Shown: positions 60,597 to 64,000 of the stretch, one piece after another | Layout of the letters: every line of letters starts with the position of its first letter | How positions within the stretch are numbered: the first letter of the stretch is position 1 | Source of the DNA: Eledone cirrhosa | Lineage: Eukaryota | Length of the DNA: 64,000 nucleotides | Direction of reading: 5' to 3' | Assembly (NCBI GenBank): GCA_964016885.1 | Contig: OZ024744.1 | Location: forward strand, 49,662,001 to 49,726,000 | Position numbers and translations under genes: made by a program | Notes under the pieces: generated by a model | The model's input: only the letters and a program-made list of their open reading frames with translations | Databases searched by the model: none | What the model was told of the DNA's origin: nothing

Positions 60597-63236
60597 TTAG
60601 ACTTGTGATGACAGAATCTTCCTTAGTATATGGGCAGTTCCCATTAGTACTATCTTTTGTATTTCTCCTATACGCGGGTTTCCTGGGATTTGCGATATGT
60701 AATCATTAGACCCCTTAGGTATCATTCCCAGAGCGCCTACAACCACTGGTATTGTTTTAGTTCTCAATTTCCACATTTTTCCAATTTCTATCTCCAGGTC
60801 CTTATACTTGCTCAATTTTTCAAATGTTTTTATAGATACATTCTTGTCTATTGGAACAGACATATCAATTAGCAGGCATACCCTCTTTTGAAAGTCTTTC
60901 AATATTATATCAGGTCTGTTTGCATCTATTTTTCGGTCTGTTTGGATGCTAAAGTTCCACAAGATTGAGATGTGATCTTTTTCAAGTATGGGAGGTGGTT
61001 GATGCTCCCACCAATTCTTTTGATGGGGCAGGTCAAAATGCTTACACATTATCCAATGTATGTATTGTGCAGCTCTGTCATGCCTGTTTAGGTATTCGGT
61101 TGGAGCTATAGGACTGCACATTGAAATTATATGGTCAATGGTCTCTGGTTGTTTTTTGCATACACGGCATAATGGGCTGCACCCATTTTTTATGATGTTG
61201 GCTTGGTAATTTTTTGTTGGCAGACACTGATCTTGTGCTGATATAATCAGTCCTTCAGTCTCCGATTTCAGTCCAGAGGATGCCAACCACTGATGGGTTA
61301 AAGTTTTGTTAACATCAGGATTGTTAGTTCGCTCTGGGTATTTTCCATACAGAGGCTTTTCTTGCCATTTCTTAGCCAGTTTCTGTAGCAGTTCTTTCTT
61401 TGCAGTTACTTTTACCTGCTTTGCTTTTTCTGTGTTTTCCATTTCAGCAGTAAATGGGACTTCTGAAATTTGTAGTCCGTTACTGTATCTTTGTGCATCT
61501 TTTGTAATGGAATATGATCTTTTGATGCTTTCGTGTTTCAAAACGAGTTTGATCATCCAATCATGTGATTCCCTTAGATATGTAGATAATCCAATTGTTG
61601 CAGTTTTCAACGCAATGTCTAACTGGATTAACCCACGTCCTCCTTCTTTCCTAGGGAGATATATTCTATCTATATCTGCCTTAGGGTGATGCATTCTGTG
61701 CATGGTTAAGAATTTTCGAATTTTTGTATCGAGCCTACGGATCTCTGTGCTTGACCAGTTGACATTGTAACTGTAGGTTACTACTGGTATGGTAAGCGTG
61801 TTTATGGCATCGATCCTATTCCTTGCATTCAATTCCGTTCTTAAGATTGCTCTTACTCTGCGGTAACATTCCTTCCTTATCCTTTCCCTCATTGTCGAGT
61901 GCTTGATTCCGTCTCCTTCACAAACACCTAGATATTTGTAAGTTTTTTCTTGATCAAGTTCTCTTATCACGTTCCCCCGATCAAGATTAATGTCTGAACT
62001 CTTCAGCAGCTTTCCTCTGGTGAACGTTGCTTTGGCGCATTTATCTAGTCCAAACTCCATTTTAATGTCATCACTGAACTGCTTCACAGTGGATAATAGC
62101 CCTTGCAATTGTTCATCACTTTTTGCAAATAGTTTCAGGTCATCCATGTAGAACAGGTGATTAATGGTTTTGTCATAGACTTTATATCCATGTTTTGTTT
62201 CATTGAGCATTTTACTTAATGGTATAAGTGCGATGCAGAATAAAAGCGGTGATAAAGAGTCACCCTGAAAAATTCCACAATTAATATTAACTTCTCCAGC
62301 TTCCAGTGATTTTGTTTCACTATTCAAAAGGAGTGTCGTTTTCCATGTCTTCATACTGAATGACAAAAACCTCCTGACAGCGGGGGATACTTTGAAAATC
62401 TCTAAACATTTTTCAATCCAACTGTGTGGCAAACTATCAAATGCTTTTTTATAATCTATCCAAGCAATCGATAGATTTTTGTGTCTATTATGACAATCTT
62501 CCAGTATCATTTTGTTAACCAGAAGCTGATCCTTACAGCCATATGAGCCTCGTTTACACCCTTTCTGCTCAATGGGAAATAGGTCATTTGTTATCAGGTG
62601 GTCATATGTGTATTCAGTTAGGACTGATGTTAAAATTTTATACATTGTGGTCAAGCAAGTTATCGGTCTGTAATTTTTGGGATTGTTTGTCTCATCATTC
62701 TTCGGAAGCAGGAATGTAATGCCGTTAACTAGCCATGAAGGTATCTTTTCTGGCTCCTTAACTATTTCATTGTAAAGTTGGGCTAACAGCTCATGAGACT
62801 CTGTGAAGGCATTTATCCAAAAGTTTTGTATTTTGTCTTTTCCTGGGGATTTCCATTTGCTGGTTTTTCTTAGAGCCAAGTGTAATTGTTCAACTGTTAT
62901 ATTTTCCCATGTTTGTTCCTCAAGGTGAGCTGTATCTTTCATTTGTCTGTCTATCCATGGGGCATGTATGTTATGAACTTTTTCTTCGGCCCAGATCTTT
63001 TCCCAGAATTCTTGCACTTCCTCCTTGGGTGGTATTGATTTAGCAGTTATTGTTGACTTACTAATTTTTCTGTAGAAGTTTCTTTGGTTGTTTTTGAACA
63101 TATTATTGTCCTTATAGAATCTAGATCGTTTTTCAAAGCGCCTTATACGAGCAGCTTTGGCCGACACTTTTTGCTTGATTATTTCTATCAGCATGTCTAT
63201 GTCACATGTTGATTTTATACTGTACTTTTTTTTCAA
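60597..63236 (-). CDS. Dong/R4 RT, CCHC and restriction-like endonuclease (879 aa open)
   Basis: KSPGKDKI, YRPITCL, HLFYMDDLKLF, CRVC..HIISMC, RHD, NRPDII..LIDMSVP..EKLSKY. Confidence 0.9.
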   Translation of the reverse strand: MKKKYSIKSTCDIDMLIEIIKQKVSAKAARIRRFEKRSRFYKDNNMFKNNQRNFYRKISKSTITAKSIPPKEEVQEFWEKIWAEEKVHNIHAPWIDRQMKDTAHLEEQTWENITVEQLHLALRKTSKWKSPGKDKIQNFWINAFTESHELLAQLYNEIVKEPEKIPSWLVNGITFLLPKNDETNNPKNYRPITCLTTMYKILTSVLTEYTYDHLITNDLFPIEQKGCKRGSYGCKDQLLVNKMILEDCHNRHKNLSIAWIDYKKAFDSLPHSWIEKCLEIFKVSPAVRRFLSFSMKTWKTTLLLNSETKSLEAGEVNINCGIFQGDSLSPLLFCIALIPLSKMLNETKHGYKVYDKTINHLFYMDDLKLFAKSDEQLQGLLSTVKQFSDDIKMEFGLDKCAKATFTRGKLLKSSDINLDRGNVIRELDQEKTYKYLGVCEGDGIKHSTMRERIRKECYRRVRAILRTELNARNRIDAINTLTIPVVTYSYNVNWSSTEIRRLDTKIRKFLTMHRMHHPKADIDRIYLPRKEGGRGLIQLDIALKTATIGLSTYLRESHDWMIKLVLKHESIKRSYSITKDAQRYSNGLQISEVPFTAEMENTEKAKQVKVTAKKELLQKLAKKWQEKPLYGKYPERTNNPDVNKTLTHQWLASSGLKSETEGLIISAQDQCLPTKNYQANIIKNGCSPLCRVCKKQPETIDHIISMCSPIAPTEYLNRHDRAAQYIHWIMCKHFDLPHQKNWWEHQPPPILEKDHISILWNFSIQTDRKIDANRPDIILKDFQKRVCLLIDMSVPIDKNVSIKTFEKLSKYKDLEIEIGKMWKLRTKTIPVVVGALGMIPKGSNDYISQIPGNPRIGEIQKIVLMGTAHILRKILSSQV

Positions 63237-63909
63237 TTTTCATCATAATTTCATCCTTCAAGTTGGCAAGTTCGTTCTCATTCATTTCTTTATCATTTAC
63301 GATCTCATTATTTTCATTTGGAGTTTCATCCTGAGCATGCACTCCCTCCACTTTTTCGATCCTTTCTTTAATTTGTTCTGATGCCAGTGATTCCGCCCCA
63401 ACCCTGGGATTCGAAGTGTTACAGTTTACCTCGTTTTCACTGACACATGTTTCATTTTCCCTTCGCTGACTTTGTGCTAATAGCTTGATCTGATCAATTT
63501 CTATATCAGTTAGTAACTTTTTTCTTACAATATTTCTTCGTATATTGGCTAGTTTGTTACTGTCAATATAGCCTCTGTTTTCGGGATGTTTCTTTTTCCA
63601 GTTGATATATGTCTGTTCTGTATTCGATGTATTTGATGGGTAGTACATGGCAGTGTAGAAAGCCTCAAGGACTTCTTTATTATCTTCCCTTGACCATTTT
63701 TCTCTCTTTTTCTTTTGATTTCTTGGTGGTGAGCATGAAGGGCCAACAGTAGGAGTATTCCGGTTATGGGAGGTCTCCAGCTCCGAAGTGATGGGAAGGT
63801 TTGAACCATTAGCTGATTTTTCGACCCCAGTCTGGTTCCTCTCTGAGGGACGCGGCCCTTTTTTACCCGGGTGACGGCCGATCCGGTATGAGATTTTATC
63901 ATTAGACAT
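63202..63909 (-). pseudogene. Dong/R4 N-terminal region, out of frame with the RT
   Basis: REKWSREDNKEVLEAFY..KLANIRRNI..LTDIEI. Confidence 0.75.
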
Positions 63910-64000
63910 TTACTTTATTTTGTCGCGTTTTATCCTTATCCGCCAAGGGGTAATCATTTCGTGTTACCACTTCTAGAACGAGTGTCAACCAAGACTAGAG

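Larger units (their letters stand above)
60440..64000 (-). mobile_element. R4/Dong LINE, best-preserved copy, (AAT)n tail; 5' end may extend beyond the window
   Basis: Long RT-REL ORF plus N-terminal ORF and 3' UTR. Confidence 0.93.

Overview
Eukaryotic, AT-rich, microsatellite-dense DNA made almost entirely of nested transposable elements. The host is probably an animal, most likely a cephalopod such as Octopus; this is inferred from recalled SINE and repeat motifs, not from a database search. No intact host gene is evident, only a candidate exon pair near 27.3-27.8 kb. Main content: (i) a ~24 kb same-strand array of five Tx1/L1-clade LINE copies (9.2-33.5 kb, minus) built on (ATT)n; (ii) four R4/Dong-type LINEs with a restriction-like endonuclease, three ending in (AAT)n and one in (CATA)n; (iii) a tandem array of a ~610 bp non-coding retroposon in (CATA)n; (iv) RTE, CR1, Ingi/Vingi, Penelope-like (PLE) and Helitron relics plus SINEs; (v) about a dozen type I hammerhead-ribozyme-like motifs in PLE-type repeats. 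The most unusual signals are a Gypsy LTR-gag fragment converted into a TIR-bounded, TSD-flanked unit, an invariant AAGGTAAGT splice-donor motif at the Tx1 ORF1 stop, a SINE whose 3' end resembles the Tx1 3' end, and opposite-strand use of the same microsatellites by different retroelements. Most short ORFs in the supplied track are microsatellite or antisense artefacts. All alignments and RNA folds were done by eye.
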